Notes: generated by a model not told the origin, from the sequence alone. Positions 1 to 14,545 are shown, counted from the first letter of the stretch. The stretch is 64,000 nt of DNA from Macrostomum lignano (GCA_002269645.1 NIVC01001064.1:1-64000); one strand, 5' to 3'. Numbers and translations: made by a program.

Positions 1-116
1 TCAGTGACACACTTTCTCAATCAGTGTTTTCTCTCAAGTGACACACTTTCTCTCAATCAGTGACACACTTTCTCAATCAGTGACACACTTTCTCAATGAC
101 AGTGCTCAGTGACACA
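1..116. repeat. Intronic minisatellite, ~20-22 bp unit (TCAGTGACACACTTTCTCAA)
   Basis: About 5 imperfect copies seen, downstream of the donor of the BNC-like exon. Confidence 0.85.
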
Positions 117-138
117 CTAGCAGGCCGCGGTGCCTCAC

Positions 139-241
139 CGTGGTAGATCCAGCCGTGCTGGCAGGTGTCGCACTGTCTCGGGTGCCGGCCGTCCGGGCTG
201 AAGCGGTCGCAGCCGCAGCCGGCGCTCTGGCATCGCAGGCC
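139..241 (-). CDS. Internal exon of a basonuclin/disconnected (BNC/disco)-like gene, N-terminal Cys/His domain; the gene continues left of the window
   Basis: Minus strand ...atccgcag|GGCCTG...TACCACG|gtgag (acceptor at 242-244, donor at 134-138). Translation GLRCQSAGCGCDRFSPDGRHPRQCDTCQHGWIYH matches, with identical spacing, the C-x4-C-x-C-x2-F-x-P-x7-CDxCxHGWxxH motif recalled for the BNC1/BNC2 N-terminus. Upstream exon not identified. Confidence 0.72.
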
Positions 242-3175
242 CTGCGGATTTTCGGATAGAGAGAAAAAACTAACAGATTCTGACAATCTGGCCCTTAATC
301 CCTGGCACCCCCGCTGTTTGCCAGCGTCAGTTGCTCAACCCGAAAGTATGCAAGCAATTGAGTGGCGGCAGAGGGCTGAGCAGGCGCAGTGTTTGCCCGG
401 ATAATTGAACTGAGCAAACACCGCCTTCGCTCTCCAGATCGGAGTTCGGGGCGGGCAGGATTAAGCCAAGAGATTTGTGATGAAGCCACTTGCAGCATCT
501 TCTGGCGGCTTCTCTGCTTTTTTCTCTCTACTTTCCCGCCGCTGTATCAATGTTTGACTCCGGCGGTGTCGCAAGGTCAGCCGCGGCATCAGTCAGGAGA
601 TCTTCTCCCCGCCGCACAGATTGTTGTCGGGCGGGGCATTGCGGGCTGCTGCAGGATGAGGCAGCCGGACCCCGCGCGGATGACTGATGAGGCTTGGTGG
701 CTGGGCGATGTGGAGAGGGTGCCGGCCGGGATTAATTCCCGTCTCAGCCGGCACCAGCCTCTTGGGAATAATTTTGCCTGACTGAGGGTGGCGGGGGCTC
801 CGGAGCCCGAAGGGGATCTGGGAGCAGCTCGGTGGCCCGGCTATGACACGGCCATGTCGAACCCAGAGTGGGAGAAATATCCCTGGGATCAGCCTCCGAT
901 ACTCCCATAGACGGGAGCAGATTTAGGACCCGCCTTTCACGCTAATTGTTTTAGCGGGAGGGGGCGCGGGGAGACCCTCCTGTGCGGCTAAGTGGCCACC
1001 TTGAGATGGAGCTCAGCCTCCACTTGATGCCGCCTCACGTCTTTCGCCACCCGGAGCTGAAAAAATCGCGGCTTTTCATCCAACTGGCCGGCAGGCCGCT
1101 GCATGTCATGCCAGTGCTCCAGCCATCTGCGGCTGAGAGACCGAAAGTGTTCGATTTTCCTCCGGCCCAGCCTCCTCCCCCCAGTTCTGGGAATCCCTCA
1201 TCTTAATTCTGGCGTCTTCCTACCCTCCTCCCAATCCCTGGCGCTGGCTCTGGGAATCGGGTGCCGTTTTTTACGACTGAGCCGGCGCCCGACTCAGAGA
1301 GACACGGGCCGGGTGTCCCGCAGGCCTGTCCCGCATAACAATCAGGGGATATTATGATAAATGCTTCCGCATTCGACTTTTTATGCCCCCCGCCACCCCT
1401 CGTCTGTGGGACGGCAAGGAGGAGCAGCAGATGAGGCGGAGGGCAAACCCTCGCAATCAGGAGCAGAAGTCGGGAGTTCATCCTTAGGCCAGGGGCGGTT
1501 CAGCCAAATTGCGAAATCTTTAATTTGAAGTAGCGGCAGGCGGGAGGCGGGGGGACACCGGCCGGATTATTCAGCAACAGGTTGCGCTCCGCGGAGTCGC
1601 GCTCGGATATTAAAAACCGCGGCCTCCGTGCCAGTCTTATTTAGTAGGTGGGGGGGGGGCGCTTATGAAAAACTGCACATTTATGACTGCGCGGCTCGAA
1701 AGCTTTTCCCTAAAGAAAATATCCCCAAGTTTCCCGCCTTATCCCCTCTCTCTCTCTTCTAGTGGCTGCCTCAGAATGAAAAATAGAAGGGGAGCCGACA
1801 AGTTTTTCCACCGCTCGGGCAGGCGGGATCTGGGAATGCGTAGGGGGTAGGGGGGTGCGAACTCGTGGCCAAGGTGCTGTAGTGGCCGCGAGGAGACCTC
1901 ATTAAGACCTGGGAACCTGGCAGCGAAAACAAGACGACCGGCGCGGAACCGAGAGGCCCCCAGTGACCGGTGATGGCCGGGCCCGCGGATTAGAGAAGAA
2001 ATCAAGGAAACAGCAAAAGAGATTGAAGGCCGGCTTCGGAATTTCTGGGGCCAACACCGGCCTCCGAATTGATTGCGTCTCTAACAGTCTACAACTGGAC
2101 CCCCCCCGCACCGCGGCTGGGCTCTTTTTATATTGCCAATCAAGCTGGCGGGATCTTGATGCCATCTAGCGATGGCTGCGGCACCTGACGGGAGCCCCGG
2201 CGCGTCTTGCCGCGCGAGCTGACCAAGACGTGGGGGGGGGGTTGGAGAGGATTGGGAGAGAAATCCCGCCTTCTCGCTGGATAAGCATCATCATCATCAG
2301 CATCTTCGTGGTTCCAATTTTTGTTCCGCAGATTTCTTTCGCTTCCAGCAGCAGCAGCAGCAGCCCTCCTCCTGGCACGGAAGGCGCCTTTGCCGGGCCG
2401 GTGGCCTCCGCTGGCGAGCGGGATAAATCATGATTAAAGGCTGAGAGAATCCCGCAACCCGAACCCCAAGTGATGCCGGCCGCGCGTGTCCCTGCGCCTG
2501 CCCGGTTCACCGTAAAAATCTCCCCTCAATCCAAATCCCAGCCACTTCTTCCCCTGAAAGAGTTTCCGCTGAAGACCGCCTACTTGTCGGCATCATGGCT
2601 GTCATCTGCTGTTATGACTGCACACAAGCCGCCCGTTCCACCTTGTTATTCCTCATGCCCGGTTCCCAACATCCTATTATTTTCTAGAAATCTGCAGCAG
2701 CTCTGCTTCCAATCACTGCGGGCCGATCTTGAACTGCTTTCGGCTCCACTTATTCCGCCTTAAGCTAATGACACCTTTACAATCCCCGCCTGCCCCCCTC
2801 CCCTCGGTCACAGAAAGTCGAGTGGGTGTGGCGGAGAAGGTTACAGCAGGCTGGGAAGGAGGGCGGTGGCAGTCCCGGCCTGCCCTGAAATCCCCCGATT
2901 TGGATAATGAGAAAAAAGCGATTAATGAGCCCCGGAAGCTGCGATAGTGACATTGAAGAACTGCTGCTGCGCCCCCCCCCCGGCTGCCTGCCACTGACAC
3001 ATGTGATGTGCGAGCCCAGGCTGCTCTGCCTGACGAATTTCGCAGTTTGGCAATTAGGCTTGTATCGAAGCTGCCCGCCTCTGTCATGCAGATTTTGCTG
3101 GCTTTTTTCTAAACTATTTCCCACTGAAGCTCGTGATCTGATGAGAATACTGATCGCTCTGTGGTGCTGTTGTGT

Positions 3176-3792
<617 letters not shown>

Positions 3793-6700
3793 CCAGAGGA
3801 GGCGGAGGTGCTGGTCGGGTTCCCATGGCAAAGGTTAGGTAAACAAGATAAATCACAGGCGCTGGTCAAGGCAGAAATGTCCCTACATTACTCCCCAAGG
3901 ATATTTTGATTCCGGTGGGTGGCGGTGCAGGTGCAGTTCCACGCTCTCTCGCTGAGTTGGATGCAGTTCAATGATTCCATACAGCAGTGGGCATTTCGGA
4001 GGGCCTGCAGTGCCGAGGCGAGAGCGGAAACCCAGAGGTAACCCAATGCTTTTAAAGGTAGAAATGGAAAACAATGAACTTCTGGAACACACGGAGCAAT
4101 ATTGATGTCAATGAAAATCCATGCGGCTTGGACCTCTTCAGACTCTCGTGTTCCGCCTTGTTTCGGGGGAATGCCCTGCCAGCCCCTTAAATCTGCACAG
4201 TCCCCAACTTAGCAACGAGTAAGCGGGGCTTTATCAGCCATCTATCAGGCCGGGATGGGATCTGTTCTGTCAACTTGTCTTGTACCGCCCCGGGGTGCTG
4301 GGCGTGGGAAGGTGATCGGTTGCAGCCTTGGCATGGCATAATTGCTTCCGGGAGCCGCCAGAGCCTGCAACCTGGCAACCACGGGCAACTGGGATGGCAA
4401 CGGATAGGCGCTTATCGGCGCTGGACCCGCGGCCGGTCTCTTTATCCCTGCGCCGTTCTCTCGCCCCGAGTTTTAGCATTTTTTCTGGCACCGCGTGCAG
4501 ACTGCGGGAGAGGAAATTCCTGCCACAACTGCTTTGGGAGAGGCATGCTGCAGTTTTCTCACCTGCCGAGTGGCAGCGGGGAGTTGTGAAATTGTCGGCA
4601 AGACGGGAGGGTTTTAAATCTAAGGAGACTGGGGAGTAGGATATCTCGCGGCCAAGTACTGCTTGAGCATGGCAACTGCTGGATGGCACAGCAACCGTCT
4701 GCTTGCCGCAGTCACGCGATCAAATGCGGCCAAAGTCGAGGGAGAAGGGCAGCTTCCGTCACCACGACAACGAACTCCGGTGCGGACGACGCAGCTTCAG
4801 CTGAAGACTTGAAATGATGAAGACTTGCCCGAATAAGCATAAATAAATATCAAATTGATTTCGGCTGGAATTGGGACATCCGATTTCGTTCGCACGCGTG
4901 GCTGATAATTCTGTTTTTTTACCTGCGTTCCAACAGGTGCCTACAAGGTCTGAAGGGGTTCGATACAGCCCCTCACGCCGGGATAAACACGGCGGTGCAT
5001 GCAGCGGTCCTGCCGGCATCCCAACTCCAACTCCCCATGCATGTAACGAAATGTTTGTTTAATCTATCGATATTTAGTCTTATATTTGGCCTGCTGTGCG
5101 GCCTGTTGCCTACTGACTTTGTTGTTTTCGCTTGTGTCCCTCCTGACACCTCTGCACGTGTCTCAGGCAAAACGAAATTCTTTTTAAGGTCGACATTTTC
5201 TGCTTTTCGATTCGCCCCGGGTTGCAGCAGTCGCTCCCCTAAGGACTGAAGCGAACTTCAGTTCAAGAATTTACAGCTTTGTTGATGAGGACTCGCTTCC
5301 GGACACATCTTTAGCCAGTGTTGTTATCGCCTGTGGAACCAATTCAAAAGTTGAACACGTCGGCGCAGGCCGGGTTTTGCTACACAACACCTGCTGGATT
5401 CTGCTAACTAGACGCCCCACTTCCTATAAGCTCTTTGATAAAATTTGATTGTACAAATTCTAAGCTTTTGATGACGCCTTGGAACTGCAGGAGAATTAAT
5501 TTATAAAGACTTCCAGAAATTGTCTTCGATGAATCTTGAACTGGAGGTCCGGCTGTCTGCAGCACTGTCGGTCTGTTTTCTTTGCCCCGCGCTGTCCCAT
5601 CGCTCCGATGTTGCTGCAAAATCCCCAGAGTTCCGTCCGGTCCAGTGACTCCGCGCCAGCTTCAGTGGACGTCTGCAGAACCGGCGGCCCATCGGCCTGT
5701 CTCCCGAATCTGTTCGGATTGCAAGGCCCTCCCCAGTCCGTCTGTTCCGTAAACACCCGGGTTTCCTAGAAACTACAAATTAACGTCGCGCCCTTTCCCC
5801 TATACTGAAAGCGAAGACAAGGTCTTGAATGTCACTTAATTCTCCGATCGGAGGGGCTGCAGGGAGCGTCCGTCGGTTCTCTCTCGTCCCCTGCAGTTGC
5901 AGCGCGCGTGTCTCCGCGGCCCTCGGCCCATCATCAAACTTTGTCCAGGCTCCTTGTTAAGCCCCTGGGTCCGAATGCAGTTAGTTGCCATGGGCCTGGC
6001 CGCGAGGGAGGGGCCAAGGACCCACAATATAGTGAAGAAACAGGGAAAGCAAGACAATACGAATGTCTTGATGTAGAGGAGAAGAGTGATGATGAAGAGA
6101 GAGGCTGGAGACAGGGCCGGCTGCAGATTCATTATTTTTATTGACTCCGCCATCGCATGGCTGTCTTTCTTTCCTAGAAGACCAATTCTTTGTGCTGGTT
6201 CCCCCTGTCCCGCGCGAAACCACCTGCAGAGAGACGCAGGTCGTAAAAAGCTCCACTGATTGGGGGATCGGGTATTCAGAAGCCTGGGATGGCCGCGCAT
6301 TACCATGGTTGCTCGGTGCGGCGGCAGAACTGCTGCGCGATTGCGCAACATCTGGGAGAATCGAAGTGACTTATTGGGGCTCGGGTTGGCGCAACAAAGC
6401 CGGCGTGGCGCCGGGAAGTCAAGAAAGCCTCCCACAGGGGTGGCACTGATTAATTTATATGGCCCCCGCACTATCAGCCGCGCCTCTAGGATTAAAATCA
6501 ATAGCATCAAATTTGCCGCGTTCCAACACAAATATGAAGCTCCCCCACTTTCGACGGGGAAGTACGAGTATTAACTTATAAGATTGTTTTCGGGATGTTT
6601 TTCATCAAAACACATTTGATCCATGCGGCGCGTTGTTTAATGTGACTCTAAGACCTCAATGTTCGGGCCAAAGAGCGCATATAGTTCTACATAGATTTAC

Positions 6701-6829
6701 CTGAAATGTGTTTCAAATAAACTGACATAATTGGAACAGTTCTAATGCAAGATTTGTTCCATCTCAAAGCGAGTATAAGTTCTGAGAGCTTGTCCGTGAC
6801 TAAGAATATTTCAATTCTAAGATTCTGTG

Positions 6830-7862
6830 ACAGAATACAGTTTCTGTTTCTAGGAATCGGTGACTGGATCGATTTCTGTTTCTAAGAATCGGTGACTGGA
6901 TCCCAGTTCTGTTTCTAAGAATCGGTGACTGGATCCCAGTTCTGTTTCTAAGAATCGGTGACATATTCTATTTCTGTTTCTAAGAATCGGTGATTGGATC
7001 CATTTCTGTTTCTAAGAATTGGTGACTGGATCCATTTCTGTTTCTGAGAATCAGTGACATATTCCATTTCTGTTTCTAAGAATTGGTGACTGGATCTGTT
7101 TCTAAGAATCGATGACTGGATCCATTTCTGTTTCTAAGAATCGGTGACTGGATCCATTTCTGTTTCTAAGAATTGGTGACTGGATCCATTTCTGTTTCTG
7201 AGAATCAGTGACATATTCCATTTCTGTTTCTAAGAATTGGTGACTGGATCTGTTTCTAAGAATCGATGACTGGATCCATTTCTGTTTCTAAGAATCGGTG
7301 ACTGGATCCATTTCTGTTTCTAAGAATCGGTGACTGGATCCCATTTCTGTTTCTAAGAATTGGTGACTGGATCCCATTTCTGTTTCTAAGAATTGGTGAC
7401 TGGATCCCAGTTCTGTTTCTAAGAATCGGTGACTGGATCCCAGTTCTGTTTTTAAGAATTTGTGACTGGATCCATTTCTGTTTCTAAAAATCAGGTACAG
7501 GATTCAGTTCTGTTTCTAAGAATTGGTGACAGAGTCCAGTTGTGTTTCTAAGAATCAGCGATAGGAGCCAGTTCTGTTTCTAAGAATCAGCGATAGGAGC
7601 CAGTTCTGTTTCTAAGAATCAGCGATAGGAGCCAGTTCTGTTTCTAAGAATCAGCGATAGGAGCCAGTTCTGTTTCTAAGAATCAGCGATAGGAGCCAGT
7701 TCTGTTTCTAAGAATCAGCGATAGGAGCCAGTTCTGTTTCTAAGAATCAGCGATAGGAGCCAGTTCTGTTTCTAAGAATCAGCGATAGGAGCCAGTTCTG
7801 TTTCTAAGAATCAGCGATGGGAGCCAGTTCTGTTTCTAAGAATCAGCGATAGGTGCCAGTTC
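6830..7862. repeat. 32 bp minisatellite (TTCTGTTTCTAAGAATCGGTGACTGGATCCAT and variant ...TCAGCGATAGGAGCCAG)
   Basis: Period 32 measured (GGTGAC at 7143/7175; ATAGGAG at 7561/7593); about 30 copies. Confidence 0.95.
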
Positions 7863-8977
7863 TGCTTGTAGTATGGAGGATTGATATAGCAATTCAGCTC
7901 ACTCGCCGCATTGGAGCAGTTAACAAACAGTATACAATACGAATTAGAAGAGAGCCATTGTGCATAAATTTTAGAAAAAGAAACTTAGTGAGTTTTCCAT
8001 CGCAACTCACCTGCAAAGAGAAGGCCTCCATAGCGGGCGGTCTCAAGGTCATTCCGAGCCGGTGCAACTCAAGAATTTCTGCTGCTTTCAGAGAATCGAG
8101 TCGACAATCTTGGCGAAAGCAAAATTCCTTCTGTGGCAGCAGAAATTTCACTTGTCTCCCAGCTTTGACGGAGTTGGGAGCGCGGGATTGGGGAGGCTGC
8201 GCGGTCGCTGGGTCTTCTTCATCGCAGTTTCAGGCGGCAATTTCCCATTGGCTGCTGCAGAATTCTCCCATCCAATGGAGTGGCCAGCTGCCATTCTGCC
8301 CCCCCCCCCTACTGGCCCCGCACGATTCCTCTCCCGACTCTTCTCAAGCTTTAATACAGGCTCCTTTTATGCTTGGCATCGCGGGATCGCTTTAAACATA
8401 TGGGAATTTCTTTGAAAGTTGATATGAAAGTCCCAGTTAGTTTGTTCCACGAGTCCCGACTCATGAGAAAGTAGAGGCTAGAGGAGATAAAGATAAAGAT
8501 AAAGGAGAAAAGAGGACTGACGAAATAGGAGTGGAAATAGGAGAGAGGATAGAGGAGCAAAGAGAGAGGAGAGGAGAGGAGAGGGGAAAAGAGAAAAGAG
8601 AAGAAATTGAACAGAGAAGAGAGGTGAAAAGAGGACAAGGACAAGCCTTTAGCGGGCCGGATTGCTATTGAAGTTCCAAAGGACCCGAGGCCCGGATACG
8701 AGAGGCCGGAGTTTGCAGATCCCTGGCCTATTGGTGTTTGGCTCGGTTTTGTGCTGGCAAGAGATTTATTCATAAGTTGGAGAAATTTGATTTAGGCCAA
8801 TATCAGATATACACACAGCAACATGTTAAAGTTTCCACCCCAAAACCAGTGGTCAACTTTCCTCAGATCTCAGCCCCAAGTGACGCACGCAATTCACATC
8901 CACAGGGCTCGTATGGACTGATTTCGCAATCAAGCTGATATGAGGAAAAATAAACTGACATTAGTGCATTTTCAATG

Positions 8978-10726
8978 GGGATAGCGACGTTTGCCTGCGG
9001 GACGTTTGCCAGCCGACATTTGCCAGCCGACGTTTGCCAGCCGACGTTTGCCAGTGGGACGTTTGCCAGCCGAAGTTTGCCTGCCGGACGTTTGCCAGCC
9101 GACGTTTGCCTGCGGGACGTTTGCCAGCCGACATTTGCCAGCCGACGTTTGCCAGCCGACGTTTGCCAGCGGGATGTTTGCCAGCCGAAGTTTGCCTGCC
9201 GGACGTTTGCCTGCCGGACGTTTGCCAGCCGACGTTTGCCAGCCGACGTTTGCCTGCCGGAAGTTTGCCAGCCAAAATTTGCTAGCCAATATAAAGCCAG
9301 TCAGTGAAAAATTTGATACTGAAACATTCGCAGTTTAGCGGTTTGACAAAAACCATTTTTACTCCAACTTTTTGACGGTTATTCGCATGTATACAAGTTT
9401 GAAAGCAAATCTATAAATTATGCAGTTCATCAGTCTAACGTCTAATATCTATTTTATCAACGATTTTGGCACAACATATCAAAAGATGAACATTGGGTTT
9501 GCCTCGTATGAAAGCAATAACAATTGTTGTGCTGAAAAGATGAAAACTTCCTATCTCCCTATGGCCTTCAAAACATTTTTCATAGATTTCGAGTGCTGCG
9601 TACTTCTACTTTAGTAGTCCTTGGCGTGACTAAGCTTTGCATACGTAGTGTCTAGCGCTTGCTATTCTACTAGCTTGCTACTGGCGGCTTGTCTGGCTAT
9701 TCAGCTATATAGCTTACTATAAAAACGTACCGCATTCGACTCGTCTACACATGTACGTTGAGATCGCGGTTTCCTGGCTTACTTGAGTAGTAATACAACA
9801 GACTTGGAATCAATTTGCTTACTTTTGGATCTCCCCATGAACTGAGAAATATATGAGCCAGAATTACCGCTCAGCAGCTCTTTTTGTTTGCCTCATAACT
9901 TAATCGCTGGAGATTCCCGTTGTAATCTGCGCGTCTTCTTTCGCACATCAAAAATCAAACATCTCAAACTGGGAAAAACGATACACAATTGTCAAAAGTA
10001 AACAATATTTTCACATTCAAAGAAAATCGTTGTTAAACTGGATATTAGATGTAAATCTATATAAATTGCATAATATATAAATTGCATAATGCATAATTGC
10101 ATAATTTATAGATTTGCTTTCAAACTTGTATACATGCGAATAACCGTCAAAAAGTTGGAGTAAAAATGGTTTTTGTCAAACCGCTAAACTGCGAATGTTT
10201 CAGTATCAAATTTTTCACTGACTGGCTTTATATTGGCTAGCAAATTTTGGCTGGCAAACTTCCGGCAGGCAAACGTCGGCTGGCAAACGTCGGCTGGCAA
10301 ACGTCCGGCAGGCAAACGTCGGCTGGCAAACGTAGGCTGGCAAATGTCGGCTGGCAAATGTCGGCTGGCAAATGTCGGCTGGCAAACGTCGGCTGGCAAA
10401 CGTCGGCTGGCAAATGTCGGCTGGCAAATGTCGGCTGGCAAATGTCGGCTGGCAAATGTCGGCTGGCAAACGTCGGCTGGCAAACGTCGGCTGGCAAACG
10501 TCGGCTGGCAAACGTCCCGCAGGCAAACGTCCGGCAGGCAAACTTCGGCTGGCAAACGTCCCGCTGGCAAACGTCGGCTGGCAAACGTCGGCTGGCAAAT
10601 GTCGGCTGGCAAACGTCCCGCAGGCAAACGTCGGCTGGCAAACGTCGGCTGGCAAATGTCGGCTGGCAAACGTCCCGCAGGCAAACGTCGGCTGGCAAAC
10701 GTCCCGCAGGCAAACGTCGTAGACCC
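8978..10726. mobile_element. Non-autonomous foldback/Mutator-like DNA transposon with long modular TIRs
   Basis: 9 bp TSD TTTTCAATG at 8969-8977 and 10727-10735; ends GGGATAGCGACGTTT... / ...AAACGTCGTAGACCC. Each arm is a 14 bp tandem array (GACGTTTGCCAGCC) plus ~150 bp near-identical unique inverted sequence (~9276-9424 vs ~10100-10254). No transposase ORF in the spacer. Confidence 0.9.
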
Positions 10727-11384
10727 TTTTCAATGATAATATTAAGATTTCATTAATTAATTAATCCCACCAAGGCACAGTGAAGTGTACTCGTATACGT
10801 GCCTAACGATAAGTTAATAGGGCCGCTGAACACTCCTGTGTTGTGAGTGTGTGCCTGTGCGTATGGGCAGTAATGCCTCCTGCCGGTTGGCAGTGGCAAT
10901 ATGTCGCTTAAAGTAAAGTGCACCAAGGTGCACACAGCCCCTGACTCTTATCTAATTAAATTTGAAATGCTGGTTGAGATCATTGAAACAAGCGACAGGC
11001 ATAACCGCGTGCTTTCAACAACAATTTTTGATGAATAATAATCTTTGAAGAAAGAATTTTGCTGCAGGCAATCTCCAGTCGAGAACAGTTCATGAAATGT
11101 TTATTTCCTTTTCCTGTGTTGTAAAAAATCCTGGACAAATCCATGCACAGAGTTCGGAGATTTCTGTCATAATCCAGAGTTCAAGGGGGTCAGTTGCCCT
11201 CACGTTGAAATGCGGGATCACATGTTCCCTAAAAAAATTTTTTTGCCGCGCTAACTTTGACTTTAAAGCAGAACTAAAAATATCTTTGAAAAGTTCCACG
11301 GCCTCTGAAAACCTCCTGTCTTACTACTGAGGGCATGTTGAAGCAAATTCGAGCCTTTTCACATCAATTTTACTCATTTGAGGA

Positions 11385-11490
11385 GTGCCTCAACTACAGG
11401 ACTGATAGTGCCTCAACTACATGTACCAGGACTGGAAGTGCCTCAACTACAGGACAGGGAGTGCCTCAACTACAGAATTGAAATGCCTTA
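11385..11490. repeat. Short tandem repeat with GTGCCTCAACTAC core, ~4 copies
   Basis: Direct reading. Confidence 0.7.
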
Positions 11491-13499
11491 ACTGCCCAAC
11501 CCACTGGATTTCTGCACTTTGGCCCTCGTCGGTTACTGCAGCCCAGTAGTAACTTCTGTATTCAAAATGTTTTTTCTGCCACAGTGCGGAATAAAATAAA
11601 AATCAGAGATAACGACAGATATTCTTTATGTATCAAATGTAGACAACTGCATAAGATTGGATTTGGAGAAAAATCCAAAATTTGGAAATTCAAAATGCAA
11701 ATTCTAAGAAAATACAAAATCTAAATTTTGAATTAGATATGATTAGATTCGTCCTGAGTTCGGTTTTTTATGCTGCAGCAAACCTCGTGGCCCCTCCGCC
11801 TCCTTCTGGGGTCTTACCTCCTGGGCTTCTCTCACTTACTGCACTGACCACTCACGCGCAAGATTGTGCATGCATTAAATTTTCGTGTCATCACTGTGAC
11901 ACGGACTACTTAATTGTCGTTTATATCTACTTAAGTAGTCCGTGCACTGTGACGTGATAGAATTTCATCAGCTAAAAAATGTTAGCATATCAATTTATCA
12001 GGCGTCTTGTCATAAGCCAACGCCTTGAAGTATACAGCGGTCCATATTTAACTGCGCAAAAAATTTTTAAGGTTAATTTTTCTGCTTTTTATTTTGAACT
12101 ATAGGCTTTCATATAGGATTTTAATTCATTGGCCCTTTTGTTAACTTTGCGTAATTTTTAAAATATCACTTTCTTGGAATCATCGGTCAAATCCGCCAGT
12201 AGTCGACTCAACACTGAACCAACCCGTCAGGCCGTCAATACAATATCATATGCCAATACAATAAGTCCTCGGCCTTGTTTACTAATAGATATACGTTTTT
12301 ATACAAATTGAAATCCGCGAAGGTAAATTTACCTTCATTAAATGTCATTATCAATCTAATTCAATCTTGTTATCGTGTGTTGTAGTGTTGGCCTAGGCCC
12401 TATTCTTGGCTTATTATGCCTATGCGGCTATGCCTATGGTACCAGTACCAGGCGCCAAACGGCCCAGGCCTAAATAGACCAAGTTTTATTTACTATTAGG
12501 CCTATAAATATACTGCCTCATACTCAGTACTTCATTCATTAATGCTAAATCTAAAAAATTCCTATAATAATTTTAATAAACAATGCTTTGTAGAATAGAA
12601 AAACAGTATAGCTGGTACAGATACTGTCAAAAAATTGCATATTTATGGGCATGGCATAACCTGCAGCCCTTGTGCTTTGGCCCCTGGACAAAATTTTAAT
12701 TTTATTTTGTTTTGAATACTTGGCCTACTTTTGAATTTTATAGAGATTCATATACCTTACTTAACTTAGTAGTTGCATTGTTTTATCATTTCAGGGTTAT
12801 ATTGCCAAACTCCCAACTATATTATATTCTTTATATAACTTTATTTTTAACAATTTTAAACCATCATTATTAAAATATATATAGTAGGAATAGGGTGGCT
12901 ATACACTGGACAACAAGTAGAATAAAATAACTAACCAAGGGATGAAAAGTAAGTAGGTCATCGTCATCAATGGAATCATGCCATTTGCTTAGTTCGTGAT
13001 ATGCATTGGCTAGGCCTATATTTAGGTATAGGTCATTTTTTCTGCTATTGGTTTGTTTGCTGGAGGTCTATGCAAATTAGCTAAGGTAGATAGTTTGTTT
13101 GCTATTATGTCCAATGAAAACAATATTTAGCAATGGCACATGACCAAGATGGCCACAGCTCTGAATGGCTACTTGGATAGGAATAGGTACCTATATATTT
13201 CCTCATTTCCTATTGGCTGTGATTGGGGTGGGGTATGACGTAGCTTCAAGTCTCGGAGAAAACAGATTTCGTTGGTGAAATTAGACTAAGTAAAACAAAA
13301 AACACTTCCCTTTACAGCAGGTATTACTACCTACTAAAGCTATAGTAGCACTACTAGCACAAGACATTTAATTTTTGTATCATGGATAATAGTTTCAAAC
13401 CTATCTCAATATACTAAAACTGACGTGTTGTTTGTATATGTTAAAAGTTAAAGGCAGAGGGTAAAGTTATTAGTTATGATAGAAGTAAGCAAAAATTGG

Positions 13500-14120
13500 A
13501 GTGCCCTCTTGTCTCTCATCTTTTCTCTCATCTCTGCACTCTCGTCTCTTATCTTTTCTCTGTCATCTCAGCCCTCTCGTCTCTAATCTTTTCTCTCTCT
13601 CATCTCTGCCCACTCCTCTCTCATCTCTTGCCCTCTCCTCTCTCTCATCTATTCTCTCTCATGTCTGCCCTCTTCTCTCTTTTCTCTCTCATCTCTGCCC
13701 TCTCCTGTATCATCTTTCTCTCTCTTATCTCTGCCCTCTCCTCTCATCTCTTGCCCTCTCTCTCTCTCATCTATTCTCTCTCTCATGTCTGCCCTCTTGT
13801 CTCATCTTTTCTCTCTCATGTCTGCCCTCTCCTCTCATCTTTTCTCTCTCTCATCTCTGCCCTCTCCTCTCTCCTCTCCCCACCTCTCTCCTCTCCTCTC
13901 TTCTCTCCTCTCTCCTCACCTCTGCTCTCATCTTCCTTTTCCTCTTCATTCTCTTCTCCCTTTCCTCCTTTCTCCTCTCCATTAATCTCCCTTCTCCTCT
14001 CTCTCCGCTCGTATTTAATCTCTTCTCTCATCAACTCTCTTCTCCTTTATTCCTTCGCCTCTCCTTTATCCTATGCTTGTATTTCTCTTCTCTATTCCTT
14101 ACCCTCTCTCCTCACCTCTG
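13500..14120. repeat. CT-rich low-complexity tract
   Basis: Direct reading; produces Ser/Leu-rich spurious ORFs. Confidence 0.9.
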
Positions 14121-14309
14121 GCCCGCTCTGTCATCAGGACTCCTCGCTTCGCTTTGGGGGCCAACGAAGCGGACTAGAAGGGCAGTCATGAGCTGGGTTC
14201 TCAATCGAGGTAAAAAGTTTGCCAACCCCTGCACTAAAAGCACCTGGCTTAGTCACATTAGATAAAAACTACATGTATAGTGGAATGGGATTGAGAACAA
14301 CGTGAACTA

Positions 14310-14545
14310 GCCTCTCTACTCTCAATCTCTCTACTCTCAGCCTCTATCTACTCTCAAACTCTCTATTCTCAGCCTCTCCACTCTCAGCCTCTCTCTACTC
14401 TCAGCCTCTATCCACTCTCAACCTCTATCCCCAGCCCCTCTCTACTCTCAGCCCCTCTCTGTTCTCAGCCCCTCTCTGCTCTCAGCCTCTCTCTACTCTC
14501 AGCCTCTACTTTCATCTTCTCTCTCAGCTCAGCTTATATCTAGTT
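14310..14545. repeat. Degenerate CTCTCTACTCTCAGC tandem repeat
   Basis: Direct reading. Confidence 0.75.

Noticed and set aside
2560-2620. Candidate first exon (MTAMMPT|gtaggc) for the BNC-like gene
   Set aside because: It ends in phase 1, whereas the 139-241 exon requires phase 0
4300-6600. Assorted 60-230 aa ORFs in the GC-rich region
   Set aside because: No recognisable domains or consistent splice structure; expected by chance at this GC content
8961-10756. Multiple 100-170 aa ORFs on both strands; spaced repeats superficially CRISPR-like
   Set aside because: All come from the 14 bp TIR arrays; there are no unique spacers or cas genes, and the DNA is eukaryotic
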